18,900 nucleotides of DNA from Python bivittatus (Eukaryota). Shown here piece after piece: positions 1 to 10,568 of this stretch. The stretch is from assembly GCF_000186305.1 (NCBI RefSeq), contig NW_006532411.1, forward strand, positions 170,404 through 189,303, given 5' to 3'. Below the pieces are notes generated by a model that was not told where the DNA came from, searched no databases, and worked only from the letters and a program-made list of their open reading frames with translations. The position numbers were made by a program, and so were the translations under genes. Every line of letters begins with the position of its first letter. Position 1 is the stretch's first letter.

Positions 1-65
1 GCTGGCTGGGGAATTCTGGGAGTTGAAGTCCACACATCTTAAAGTTGCTGAGATTGAGAAACACT
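1..65 (-). mobile_element. Fold-back SINE-like module, minus orientation, single arm; may be truncated by the window edge
   Basis: gctggctggggaattctgggagttgaagtccacacatcttaaagttgctgagattgagaaacact is the reverse complement of the module that recurs through the window. Confidence 0.7.
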
Positions 66-495
66 AACCTAAAGTACTCTTTCTCCTCCAACGCTCTCAC
101 CACATTCCCACCTGGGAGTCTTTCTCTGTTGGGATTACCATATCTGGGCTGCAAAACTCCAGCCAAGTTAGACTGACTTTTCTGTAGTTGCATGGATTTT
201 TGCGTAGAAATTGGACTTCACTACAATGTCTCAAGAAAAGTTTACTTAACACTGAAAATGTGGAGCATCTCGCTGGTCACAGCTCTCACATATCCCAATC
301 TGCGGTCATGGATAAATATCAAGGAAGGGAAACAGTATTTTTAACACTTGGTTTTGAAGGGCAGTATAACAGAGTTTAAAATTAAATCGAGGTCTACACA
401 TAAGGGGAGTCACCAAATCACAGGAGGTTGAGGAGTAAATGGCAGAAGAGCTGGTGGGAGAATAGTCATGGAGGGGAAGGTAAAGTTAAGCTCAC

Positions 496-631
496 CTTAT
501 GGAAATCATCAAAGGTGACAGCAGCCACAGCTCCCCGAATGCGTGAGGCCAATGTCTTACAGGCATCACCTATAAAATCTGGGACACAGAATAGGCGGGT
601 TGCTTCAGCCACTGAAGGAATCTCAAAGTGC
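496..631 (-). CDS. MVP: MVP coding exon, 11th in window; continues into an intron towards coordinate 1. Encodes (W)[45 protein letters not shown]
   Basis: Minus-strand ORF 466..681 contains this peptide, colinear with human MVP ...[52 protein letters not shown]. Acceptor ttttcccatcag|G at 632-633 and donor AAG|gtgagc at 494-495 (phase 1 in, phase 0 out). Confidence 0.85.
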
Positions 632-1424
632 CTGATGGGAAAACAGATCCATACACAGTTGCCAAGAAAACCTGAAAACATGACAGTGATTTTAAGTCAA
701 ACCTTCAGAGCTCTGCCTACCTCGTATCTTGGAAGCATTATCTTCCAAGTGTAGTGGGTCACAAACATCTTGCAGCCTCTTAAACTTGGATTAAGGAAAC
801 CATACTTTGCTTAACAGTTAGCATGACATGAACCAGACCATTATGACTTTACAAACCACAATTAAAATCAAACATAACTTAGTGTGATGTATCCGTCCAG
901 ACGATATTTAAATATTCTCAAAGCAGAGGTTTAAATAGCTGATTAAGAAAATCAGAATGGAGAATTAAGGCAATTAAATATATTTGATAAAGCAGCCATA
1001 TCATATGGCATACTGAGGATTAGATCATGTTTAATAATGAAAGGAACTTTAAGATCTAGTTGAAATATATTAGGGATAATTAAAATAGCTAGATGGCCTC
1101 TTATGACTTTCAGTTGAAAATTAAGCTTCTGACTCAAGTGTGTATTTTTAAAGTCACCGAAGGTTTGTAACTATTGTACAGATATTGCTAGGTGGGAACA
1201 ACAGATTTTATATCCCTTGGTAGAACTGTTTGAAGACTAAGTCACGTTACAAGTTTTTTTTTCTTTTAATATACATACTTAGCATTTTCTTCTGTTTCAA
1301 GGTAAGGAATATTATGCAAAGTGCAAAAATAGTGCAACGAATAGTGAGCACAACACAGATAGAAGGAAACCTAAATAAAATTAGTACTGTTGTTACTGTT
1401 TGTTGACTATTAGTTTGCTGACTT

Positions 1425-1888
1425 ATATATTTATTTATGGAATGTATTAGCTGCCCCAATCTGTTATGACTCTGGGCAACTTACAAAATACAATGATAAA
1501 AATACTACAGAAACACACAAAACCATCAAAAAATCTGGAAAAAACCCAATAATTATTAAAAGACCATAACACCATACAAAGGGTCCATCCCTTCATTTTA
1601 ACCAAGGCCTGGGCCCAGAGCCAGGTCTTAAGGATTTGTTTAAATAGGACCAGGGTGGGGCCATGCAAATTTTGGGAGGATGGTGCTCCAGAGGGGAGGT
1701 GCCATGTCAGAGAAGGACCACTTCCCGAGTCCCATCAAGTGACATTGTTCAAATCAGTATTTTTCAAACTTGGCAATTTTAAGATGTATGGACTTCAACT
1801 CCCAGAATTCCCCAGCCAGCATGCTGGCTGAGGAATCCTGGGAGGTGAAGTCCACACATCTTAAAGTTGCCAAGTTTGAAAAACACTG
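1425..1888 (+). mobile_element. Composite SINE-like element of about 460 bp: body 1425-1754, core module 1755-1820, then an inverted copy of the core 1824-1888 forming a near-perfect palindrome
   Basis: The body shares blocks with 4865-5223 (tttatttatGGAATgt..tgactctggg..ttacaaaa..aat..aaaa / agccaggtctt). The core cagtatttttcaaacttggcaattttaagatgtatggacttcaactcccagaattccccagccagc is followed by atg and then its reverse complement. Confidence 0.7.
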
Positions 1889-2469
1889 GTTTAAATTGAT
1901 GGAACCCAGAGCACACCAACTCAGTCAGACTGTGTGGGACAGGAAGAACCTACAGGGAACAAGCAGTTCTCAGACAACCAGGTCCTCTTTCAAAGAAGCA
2001 GTCAAGAGAACCAAGACAAACCTACTTATAGATTAGGCAATATTGCTAAACAAGGGAAAAAGAAAAGAAATACGCTGTTTGAAAGTAAAGCGCTGTAAAG
2101 CCAACTTGCCTTCACAGAAGGCAGCTGGAGTTAAGAGTTCAGAGCAAAACGGAAGGTGAAATGAAAGATAACCTTTTATTGCAGTTTCTCTCAATCAAAG
2201 GCAAAGACAGTTGGGATTGGAATTTTTAAAAAGGGCCTTTTTTTAAGGTATATTTTAATCCATTTGTGAATATGACAAGATTTCTCCCAATCTAGAACTC
2301 CTCAAAATTTGCTGTGCTATACATCTGGCTGTGCATCCAGTGCATCTGGATGGCCCTGAAGACGGTGGCTCCAGCTCCCAGCCTTTCAAATACGATTTGG
2401 ATCCCCAGCTTTTTCCCATCCCAATGATGAATCTCTTGGCTTTCAACCCATCAGTTTTCCTTCACTCAC

Positions 2470-2667
2470 CAGTTATAGGCCAGTTGGAGCTGCAGACGAG
2501 CATGATCAGCTGTTTCAATAGTGATGATGTCAGTGCAGAAGTCTGGCCCCAGGAGGAGGCACAGAGAACGACGCATGTGGGGGCGCTTGGGTCGGCCCCC
2601 TGAGAGACTCAGGACCGTGAATTGCTCATCTGGACCCAGAAGCACAAGTTCTGGTCCAAAAACCACC
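2470..2667 (-). CDS. MVP: MVP coding exon: (R)[65 protein letters not shown](W)
   Basis: Minus ORF 2466..2666 matches human [66 protein letters not shown]. Acceptor ctccttcccccag|G at 2668-2669. Donor AACTG|gtgagt with gt at 2468-2469; the split codon TG+G restores Trp. Confidence 0.88.
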
Positions 2668-3335
2668 CTGGGGGAAGGAGAAGAAGATCAAATTAAATCA
2701 TGGAGGTTCCAAAGAGCACTGGATATAACGTGGCATGAACCAGTGGCACCCTTCTTGAAGGCCGAGATTCTTTTGCAATGCTTATTTTCATGTTTTATGT
2801 CTCATTTATTAAAGGACTCATTCTCTGTGAATATCAAGTTTCCTTCTCACCAGTAGATTAAATTGGATTGTTTCTGATTCATGGGGACTATTCTCAGGAA
2901 TCCGTTCTCATTTTAGTTAATATTTATATTAACTTCATAGCAGCATTAATTCTTTTAGAGAAGGATAGTGCTAATTTAGTATAATGTAGGGGGAAAAGGG
3001 AGAGATCAGAGGCCTACTAATTAAAACATATCCACTTCTCAGCCACACTGAACAGGAAGAAACACAAAAGGGTGGACTTGTGAAGAGAAAATATTTCATT
3101 AAAGATATGGCAGTCCTTTATTAAGCCTTTTCAAAGGACTGCCATTCCTTTAATTTTGCCTATTAAAGTTACAAAGCTGGTGGGACAAATGGTATCTTAT
3201 TGAAAAATACTGCCAATAATCAAGTCTGAGGGAAACCCCCGCCCCCAAAGGACTTGCAGTGAAATGTAGTAATGCGGCTATTAATACTGAGTGAAATTAA
3301 CTGGGTGATCTAGGCTAGTCCATCACAAAATAAAA

Positions 3336-3336
<1 letters not shown>

Positions 3337-3367
<31 letters not shown>
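3337..3367. repeat. (TG)n microsatellite of about 15 units, intronic
   Basis: Seen directly: tgtgtgtgtg... Confidence 0.95.
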
Positions 3368-3369
<2 letters not shown>

Positions 3370-3819
3370 GCAGGCCAGAGGGGACAAAAGATGGAAAATA
3401 AATGAAAAATACAGTATCAGCAAATGAGAGAGCAGCAATTCTAAAAGTCAACCAAACAACCTACTTTCCCTGAAGTCTCATTTCTGGAACGGGCATGCAT
3501 ATTGCTTATTCCAGAGGGAATTCAAAGTCCCCTCCCTGGACTCCACTTCAAAGACAAAGAATGACCAGATTACCAAATCTGGGGCTGCAAAATTGCAGGC
3601 AAGAAACTGGATCAGCTTCTCAACAGCAATCAAACCTATTTGTCATGAGGCTTTGAAACGTGCAAAGACCATTTCCTGAGCCAACTGTGAGTGTCAGCAG
3701 TCTTCCAACAAGTTTGGGCAGCAGAGTAGAGTCATCAAGAAGGGACCAAGAAAGCTGATCCTGAAGAATGTGCCATCCTCAAGAGTCTGGCACAGAAGGG
3801 AGTAGACCAATTTTCTCAC

Positions 3820-4058
3820 CTGGATTTACGCTCCTTGTAGTCGTAAACTTGTACAGCTGCATTGTGGGGGACACGATAAGACACAGCGCGTGTCTTATCA
3901 CGGGGCAACCCAATACCCTTTTCAGAGCTATCTTTGGAACGATCAAGAAGAGGATCCCTGTCTGTGGTCAACAAATCCTCCACGTGGGGAGGCAGGTGTT
4001 TCTCCCACAGTTCCTCATCCTGAGACAGCATGTAAGAATGGCCAATGACAGCTCTAAT
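3820..4058 (-). CDS. MVP: MVP coding exon: [79 protein letters not shown](R)
   Basis: Minus ORF 3816..4085 matches human [82 protein letters not shown]. Acceptor cattctcttccag|ATT at 4059-4060. Donor TCCAG|gtgaga with gt at 3818-3819 (phase 2). Confidence 0.88.
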
Positions 4059-4536
4059 CTGGAAGAGAATGAGAAATGGTTGCAAATATATGAATATGTA
4101 GCATCACCCCAAATTTAGTAGAATTTCCTGGGCAATCTTCTTTATTTCAGGAGCATTGCAAAAAACATTACAAAAAGGAAGTCTCTTTATAGTTCTGAAA
4201 GAATAAGATTGTCTCTGTTAGCACTGACTCTATCAAGGTGATATAGAAACCATAAAGCAGTAGCTTTTCTTCAATTAACAAGTGAGATTACAAATGAGAT
4301 TTTGCATAGCGCTTAAGATAATGCTACCCAGCACTGCCTTTCCCCATTGTCAAGACTCTTTTACAATGCTTATTTTCAAGTAATTATGCGGAAGATTCGT
4401 TTCTAATCTTATGTGGAAGATTCCTCTTTGCAGGCGCTGGACCCTTATTACTTGCATTTCAAGCCTAATGGAGATTAATGCTGAATTATTTTTTCTGCAA
4501 ATCAGAAGTAGGCAGAGGCATTATTTGCTTTCTGGC

Positions 4537-4575
4537 TTTTTTTTTTTTTTTTAAGGAGGAGAAGGAGAAGATAAG
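4537..4575. repeat. T16 homopolymer followed by a GGAGAA-type purine repeat
   Basis: ttttttttttttttttaaggaggagaaggagaagataag. Confidence 0.9.
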
Positions 4576-4864
4576 TGCTATTACATTATTTTGAAAAAGT
4601 AACTAGAGCCCACCCATCCTTTGCCCGTATAGGGATACGCAGAAACAAATTTACAATCTTTCAAATGTGCTGAAATAGAAACCATGATGGCATTTATTAA
4701 TGACACATCAGCCTTTTAACACCTCAATAGCTCATACATTTTTCAGGCTTTTGTGTGTGCATTTTTGGGAGTTTTGGGGGGATAAGGGGCACAACACTAC
4801 TCTTTATACCTCAATCCTATCCCTAAAATGGGTCCTGGCCCCATGTAGGCCCCAACCTTTTTTT

Positions 4865-5306
4865 TTAATTTTTATTTATCGAATTTGTCACCACCCATCT
4901 CGCTAAATGACTCTGGGAGGTTTACAAAACAATTAAAATCAATTAAAATTACAAAATTACAATAATAAATAAAAAATAAAAAGATCCAAAATAATTGGCA
5001 ATCGCTCAGGGAGCATCATCGAGGCGCTAACCACCCCCAGGAGTGGGTAGAGTTGTTATACCCCCACGCAAGCTGGCAGAGCCAGGTCTTCCATTTTTAT
5101 TGGAAGGCCAGTAGGACAGGGGCCTGCCGCACCTCTGGGGGGAGAATGAACATGCTGCGCAGACTCTGGTGCTACTCACAAACTGACCAAATTTGTGAAC
5201 TCCAATTCCTCCTCCTCTATAACCAGTGTTTCTCAACTATGCTGGCTGGAGAATTCTGGGAGTTGAAGTCCATACATCTTAAAGCTGCTGAGGTTGAGGA
5301 CCACTG
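4865..5306 (+). mobile_element. Second composite SINE-like element: body 4865-5223, then a truncated direct arm (cagtgtttctcaac, 5224-5237) joined to a full inverted arm (5242-5306)
   Basis: Body homology to 1425-1754. 3' module ctggctggagaattctgggagttgaagtccatacatcttaaagctgctgaggttgaggaccactg. Confidence 0.65.
4905..4985. repeat. A-rich low-complexity tract, the 5' part of the composite SINE
   Basis: aattaaaatcaattaaaattacaaaattacaataataaataaaaaataaaaag. Confidence 0.8.
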
Positions 5307-6087
5307 CCATAAACAGAATAAAAAGTGAATGTATGAAAGAACTAATGAGTAGAAGTAACTCATATTCATCTAAGCTACAGAACTCTTAGGACCCTACCCT
5401 GTCTACAATATGCCACAAATGCCAGATGGTGGAGAAGGAAATGAAGATTATGGAGTACAGAGCAACATCCCCAAGGAACTCAAAGAGAAGTCATATGCCA
5501 AGAACTACCTTGATAATTTTAATGTCATCTATCTAAGCTAGTATTCTAAGTTGCTAACAGCAGCCAATGGGTTACTGCTACCAAAAGTGAGAACCACAAA
5601 AGCAATCTCCCTCCTTTCCATTATTCTTTATTTTACAAATTTGGTAGCTAGCCTGCCCTTTAAAACGTAGAAGTCTACTAGATCTTACATGACAAGCTAA
5701 GGTCACTGAAGTTCTCCTACTGACTTCGTATTTATACTATCCTATACCCATCTCCGTCCTTGCGATACTGGCCAATGCCCAGAGGAAGACGATGCTGGGG
5801 GACGGGACCAAATCCTTGCAAATTGGTTTATTTTGGAAAAGGACTGAAAAAAATAACCAAAGTTGAAGTAGAAAGATATCCTTTTCACCACCACTGTGAT
5901 TTCCTTTTGCAAGCCCACTTTAAGAGCTTTGTCTGAAGAGCAGTTAATAAATAATGAGCCACATTAGAGAACTGCAGTCCTTTTGCTAACATTGACCTCT
6001 AAAAGTCTGCATCCCCAAGGACTGACGTGTTTTAGGCCACATCGTAGAAGCTTCTCCAGTAACCACTGCTGTATCTATTTCACTCAC

Positions 6088-6246
6088 CTTTCCCGTCTTA
6101 ATATCCCGGACATAAATGCCTTCATTTTCAGCCAGAGGAATAGCATGCCGTTGCTCCATCACTTCTACCTCCGCAGGTGGTACGTACTCCAGAGGGCCTC
6201 GAATCAGCCAGCGGTCACCTGGCTTGCGCAGAATGTCCTTGTTGTC
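6088..6246 (-). CDS. MVP: MVP coding exon: [53 protein letters not shown]
   Basis: Manual minus-strand translation matches human [44 protein letters not shown]. Acceptor is a long polypyrimidine tract then cctag|GAC (ag at 6247-6248). Donor AAG|gtgagtg with gt at 6086-6087. 159 nt, phase 0 at both ends. Confidence 0.85.
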
Positions 6247-6345
6247 CTAGGTATGAGGCAAAGTAAGGAGAAGAGACGAAGTGGCGTATCCAGCTACATC
6301 GATCCACCCATCCACCCTGGCCAACAGAGACTCTGGATCTCCTAC

Positions 6346-6471
6346 CTCACTTTTGTCTTCCAAGGGACGAAGTGCACGTAATAAGAGACCATCTTCTTCA
6401 GACAAGACATAAATGTCCTGGATCCCATCTTCCAACCATTCTCCAGGCTGTAGGAAGAATGATATCTCGCC
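6346..6471 (-). CDS. MVP: MVP coding exon: [42 protein letters not shown]
   Basis: Minus ORF 6247..6507 matches human [39 protein letters not shown]. Acceptor ccttctgcag|GGC (ag at 6472-6473). Donor GAG|gtagga with gt at 6344-6345, a weak match to consensus. Reading on through the ORF loses homology and hits an in-frame TAG at 6249-6247. Confidence 0.8.
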
Positions 6472-6702
6472 CTGCAGAAGGAGGAACAAGAGTTGGGGAA
6501 AACTCAAGAATGATCTTTAGCCATTGGCTTAAAAAAAGGGGGAGCTTAACTTTACTTATTAAACTGTACTGTAATGTGGTCAGTTTGATTTTGGCTTACT
6601 ACAGGAGTGGTATCCTCTGGTTCCAAGCTATTCTAATCACTATCACCAAAAATCATTGGTAAGTTGCCTGCCGTTATGAGCCTGGAAACAGAAACTGTAG
6701 TG

Positions 6703-6817
6703 CAGTGTTTCTCAACCTCAGCAACTTGAAGAGGTGTGGACTTCAACTCCCAGTGGGAGGGGAATTCTGGGAGATGAAGTCCACGCATCTTCAAGTTGCT
6801 GAGGTTGAGAAACACTG
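6703..6817. mobile_element. Fold-back module present as a complete hairpin: direct arm 6703-6753, inverted arm 6763-6817
   Basis: cagtgtttctcaacctcagcaacttgaagaggtgtggacttcaactcccag .. ggaattctgggagatgaagtccacgcatcttcaagttgctgaggttgagaaacactg. The arms are almost exactly complementary. Confidence 0.75.
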
Positions 6818-8174
6818 CTGTAGGGTAAACGCATGTAGACACATACTAATGGGAAAGTTAAGATCTGCCCTAGCCTAGATCCTACAGTCTAGAAAAGGTG
6901 AAGTATAACATCTCCTTCACTAGTCTGACTTTTAGTGACTGTCCCTGTAGCTTTCTTGGCAGCAATACACAACTAGTTTGTCACTGCCTTTTTCTGGGAA
7001 ATTGTTTTGATATCCAAGTCTAGCATACAACTCTGAGATTCCCTAGTAGGACTCCCAGAATTATAATTCAACCCTGTTTAGCTTCTGAGCACAGGCAAGG
7101 TTGGGCAGATGTTGCCACCTAGTATAATACACTCATTAATCAGGACATAGGTGAACAACTGATATTGTCTAAGGGCAGCAGTGTATTATTTTTCTAAACT
7201 GAAGCTTGCCTGTGCAAATGGCTAGGGGGAGCACTACTGGATGCAAAAATGGGACCAGTGTTATAAAATATATAGGATCTTATATATAGGATCTTAAAGT
7301 CCCACCAAACAAATCAGGAACACAACTGATCATTTTTAACTACTTCGTTAGAGCGTATTCAAAATACAGACTCATTCACATGCACATACTATATCTACTC
7401 AAAAAGAAGTAGAGAGAAAGAGATAGAGATGTAAGGGAGTTGGGAGTGCTTCATGGGGAAATCTTAGCATTTAAAAACTATGTCTCCATTGTCTATTCTC
7501 AACTCCTGTCATCTCCCCCTCTAGGCTACTTTGGGTAGACTGAACAGAGGGATGCACGCAGAAAGCACAGAATAAAAAGATGTAAGAATGCATATAGGTA
7601 AAGCTATTATATAAAGAATACAAGCCTATATTTCGTATCAGTTATACTAAGTGATAATTACAATTTATGTGCTAGAACACAGATGGGCAGATTTGAAAAG
7701 TTGGGGAAGAATAACTCAGATGCCTGTTCTTCTGGAAGGCTGCAGAACACTGACCAGTGACATGGTGACCTAATCAGAAAAAGTGTAGTCATTTCTTTTC
7801 AGCCCATGTTTAACACCTTGGAGACAGTTTAAAAGAGAGAAAAGGAACAGGAGGCAAATCACTACTCTCCCATCCTTCAAATTCGCCACGCCATGCCACA
7901 TCAACCCACGCCAAGCCAAAATCCCATTACTGAAATTTTACTGCAACATGGCTGAATTTCAGGGCTGCATGTGGGCCAAAAGTTGCCAGCCAATTTAAAG
8001 CATCCCTAACAAAAAATACAGAAACACACAGTTTGATGCTTTTGGCCAAGAAGGACCATCAATCCACCTCTCAAGGCATTTGCTGCACGCTGTCAGAACT
8101 GTGACTCCTGGCAAGTTAATCTTAATGTTTAGCCCAAATCTGCTTCTCTGCGATCTCTTTCCTGCTGTTTAGAG

Positions 8175-8240
8175 CAGTGTTTCTCAACCTTAGCAACTTT
8201 AAGCTATGTGGACTTCAACTCCCAGAATTCCTCAGCCAGC
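8175..8240 (+). mobile_element. Fold-back module, direct arm only
   Basis: cagtgtttctcaaccttagcaactttaagctatgtggacttcaactcccagaattcctcagccagc. Confidence 0.75.
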
Positions 8241-8435
8241 CATGCTATATAGGATCTAAAAAAATTATTCTACAAGGCTACCTTTCTAATCTGCCCCCCA
8301 ATTGGAGACACAGTCAAGCTGCTCTTCAAGGACAGGCTGCTTTAAGGAGTTCTGTTGTAATCACTAGGGTTGACACACTGAACAGTAACAGTATATCAAT
8401 GGAGTCCTTCACACTACTGAGATAAAGATACATAC

Positions 8436-8675
8436 CTTCATGACCTTCTTCTGCCCAAGTTGAGGTTTACCATCTATTAAACCTACTGGGTCACAAATCA
8501 CACAGTACTGACAACTATTCAAAGTGGTGATGTTGATAATGCCCAGGACTTCCTCGTAAACATCAGGGATGTGGGCTTCAGTGTCTGCCATGGTGACCAA
8601 CCATTCTTCTCCAGTTTTCCTCAGGATACTTTGAAAGTCCTGAAATGTTTTAGTGGCCCGGAGATGCAGGGCTTT
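8436..8675 (-). CDS. MVP: MVP coding exon: [80 protein letters not shown]
   Basis: Minus ORF 8409..8681 matches human [79 protein letters not shown]. Acceptor ttttgttctttgaag|AAA (ag at 8676-8677). Donor AAG|gtatgt with gt at 8434-8435. 240 nt, phase 0 at both ends. Confidence 0.88.
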
Positions 8676-9094
8676 CTTCAAAGAACAAAAGAGGCAGAAA
8701 TATATTAGTGCAAAGGACCCTTTTTATGATTTAACAGTTTTTGTTACTGAACTGACTATTCATACAAGTGACATGTATAGGGTTCAAGCCACACCCCAAA
8801 ATGTTCATTCTGATTATATCCCCTTACACTTCGAAGCAGACTAGAATGCGTGGCAGTAGCAAATTTTAGGCAGAGATGGTTAACATGCAGCCCTTCATAA
8901 GATATTGGTCTACAAATTCTCATCCCTGATCACTGGTGGTATGGGACTAACAGAAATTTAAATCTATCAGCATCTGGCAACAAGCACTGGTTTTTAATAC
9001 AGCCCTCTTCTGCTTGCTCGCTCAAGGAAAAGAGATCTACCAAAGCAGGGAGAGGCCATGGGCATCCATAAAAGAGAGCCAATTTGGTGTAGTA

Positions 9095-9160
9095 CAGTGC
9101 TTTTCAACCTTGGCAACTTTAAGATGTGTGGACTTCAACTCCCAGAATTCCCCAGCCACC
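9095..9160 (+). mobile_element. Fold-back module, direct arm only
   Basis: cagtgcttttcaaccttggcaactttaagatgtgtggacttcaactcccagaattccccagccacc. Confidence 0.75.
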
Positions 9161-9186
9161 ATGTGTATATAAAGGTAGGATAAAAA

Positions 9187-9205
9187 TCTAATAATAATAA
9201 TAATA
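9187..9205. repeat. (AAT)5 microsatellite
   Basis: taataataataataata. Confidence 0.85.
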
Positions 9206-10192
9206 CAAGGTCTTGGGAGGATGTTATCTCCATGTAACCAGAGGTTAATGGCTTTTAAATTTTTATTAAGATATTGAAGGAAAATTGGGGGGTTAAGCTA
9301 AAAGCCCCTAACCCAAACACACTTTCCCAGGGAAACTAAAACTGTCAGCTCAGCCCTAAAACATTCAGAAGGCCAAGGAATGCTGGTAATTTAGAAAAGG
9401 ATTACTGGAAGGCCAGCACAGCTCTGGGAAAGCAAAAGAAAATAACTCCTTAGGAAGAAATTGTGTTCATGAAATACCGCCTCTTTGTTCTTTCAAAACC
9501 CCATTGTGTTTGTAGTCCTGCACCATTGCCCCATAGTTCCGCCAACTGCCTCATTGCTTTCCCTAAACACATAATGTGTTTTATCTGATCAAATACTTGC
9601 TGTTGTCTATACTCAACCAAATACCCTGATGCTGTATCCAATCATACATATTTTCTAAGCCTATAAAATGGGACGAAACCCCCACCCCTCTTTAGGCCTG
9701 TCTTTGCCTCCAGCACCATCAATAAATCTACTTGTGGTTCAATGCAATGTGTCCTGGTCTCCGGTTCAAACAAACTCCTAGGGAATTTCTCCTACAACAT
9801 AAGGCCCCCGAAGTCACTGAGAGAATGTTGTTACTCAGCAGGTATTAGAACCTGGGGCTTCTTTTCCTTGTCTAACCACTCTAGGTTACTATCTTTTATA
9901 GCAGCTCACACAAGCTATAAGGTTGGGCCAGTAAAAATGCTTCCATATATCTATTCAATCCAATTAGCTATAAAAAGGAGCTTTTTTTTGTATTTGTTAG
10001 CCAAGGAACATTCATAAGATGCCTATACATTGGACATCCTACCATAGGTGGAGGAGCTTCAGAATCAAAGGAGAGTTTGCCCTGTGCTTTGCAGCAAAGA
10101 CTTCAAGCACCAAAGCAATGGCAAGTGACATCAATAGCCTCTCTTTCCCATAACCATCACCTACTGCTAGAAGTTGCAAACCTGTCACTTAC

Positions 10193-10287
10193 TTTCTCAG
10201 TCAGAATGATAGCATCAACAATGTCAATGACTTCCTCAAATACACCCGGCAAGTAAGCCCCAACCTTCTTCACCAGCCATTCTTCAC
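10193..10287 (-). CDS. MVP: MVP coding exon: (G)[31 protein letters not shown]
   Basis: Manual minus translation matches human [32 protein letters not shown]. Acceptor tttttccccacag|GT (ag at 10288-10289). Donor AAA|gtaagtgac with gt at 10191-10192. The reading frame is restored with the neighbouring exons. Confidence 0.85.
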
Positions 10288-10349
10288 CTGTGGGGAAAAA
10301 ATGGGAAACTCAAGATATACATAAATACATACATAGATATGTACATACC

Positions 10350-10386
10350 GTGTGTGTGTGGGGGTGTGTGTGGGGGTGTGTGTTTG
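10350..10386. repeat. GT/G-rich imperfect tandem repeat (gtgtgtgtggg)x3 inside the 149-bp MVP intron 10288-10436
   Basis: cgtgtgtgtgtgggggtgtgtgtgggggtgtgtgtttg. On the sense strand it is a CA/C-rich tract. Confidence 0.9.
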
Positions 10387-10436
10387 TAGGAAAGCTGCCC
10401 TCTCATAGGATCATGGGCAGGAACCCAAAAAGATAC

Positions 10437-10568
10437 CTGTCACACGTTTGTTTCCTTCTCTGTCCCTGCATTCCTTCCGTGCCTGAAGTCTTATGGCTTG
10501 GTTGGGACGAATGGTGGTGGCCAGGATAGTCTCCACAACTTCAACCTCTTTTTGTGGGATGTAGGTGC
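10437..10568 (-). CDS. MVP: MVP coding exon: (G)[43 protein letters not shown](G)
   Basis: Minus ORF 10411..10668 matches human [45 protein letters not shown]. Acceptor ctttccag|GC (ag at 10569-10570). Donor ACAG|gtatct with gt at 10435-10436. Confidence 0.88.

Noticed and set aside
130-185. Short shared motif atctgggctgcaaaa(c/t)tNcag at 140-170, 3570-3605 and 17510-17545
   Set aside because: Only about 20 bp of similarity; too short to call a repeat family without a genome-wide search.
2521-2856. Plus-strand ORFs overlapping MVP exons (2521..2856, 2331..2603, 3768..4118, 5983..6381, 12837..13235, 13028..13264, 13039..13230)
   Set aside because: They are antisense to well-supported MVP exons or lie in the CpG-rich, stop-poor promoter region. 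They have no homology I recognise and no splice context.
6247-6507. Reading the 86-aa minus ORF as one continuous exon
   Set aside because: Homology to MVP stops at ...RPLEDKSE and resumes at 6246 after a canonical acceptor. Treating 6247-6345 as an intron restores colinearity with human MVP.
10290-10529. 79-aa plus ORF with the CVWGCVWGCVF repeat
   Set aside because: It is a translation of the (gtgtgtgtggg)n intronic repeat and the antisense of MVP exon 10437-10568.
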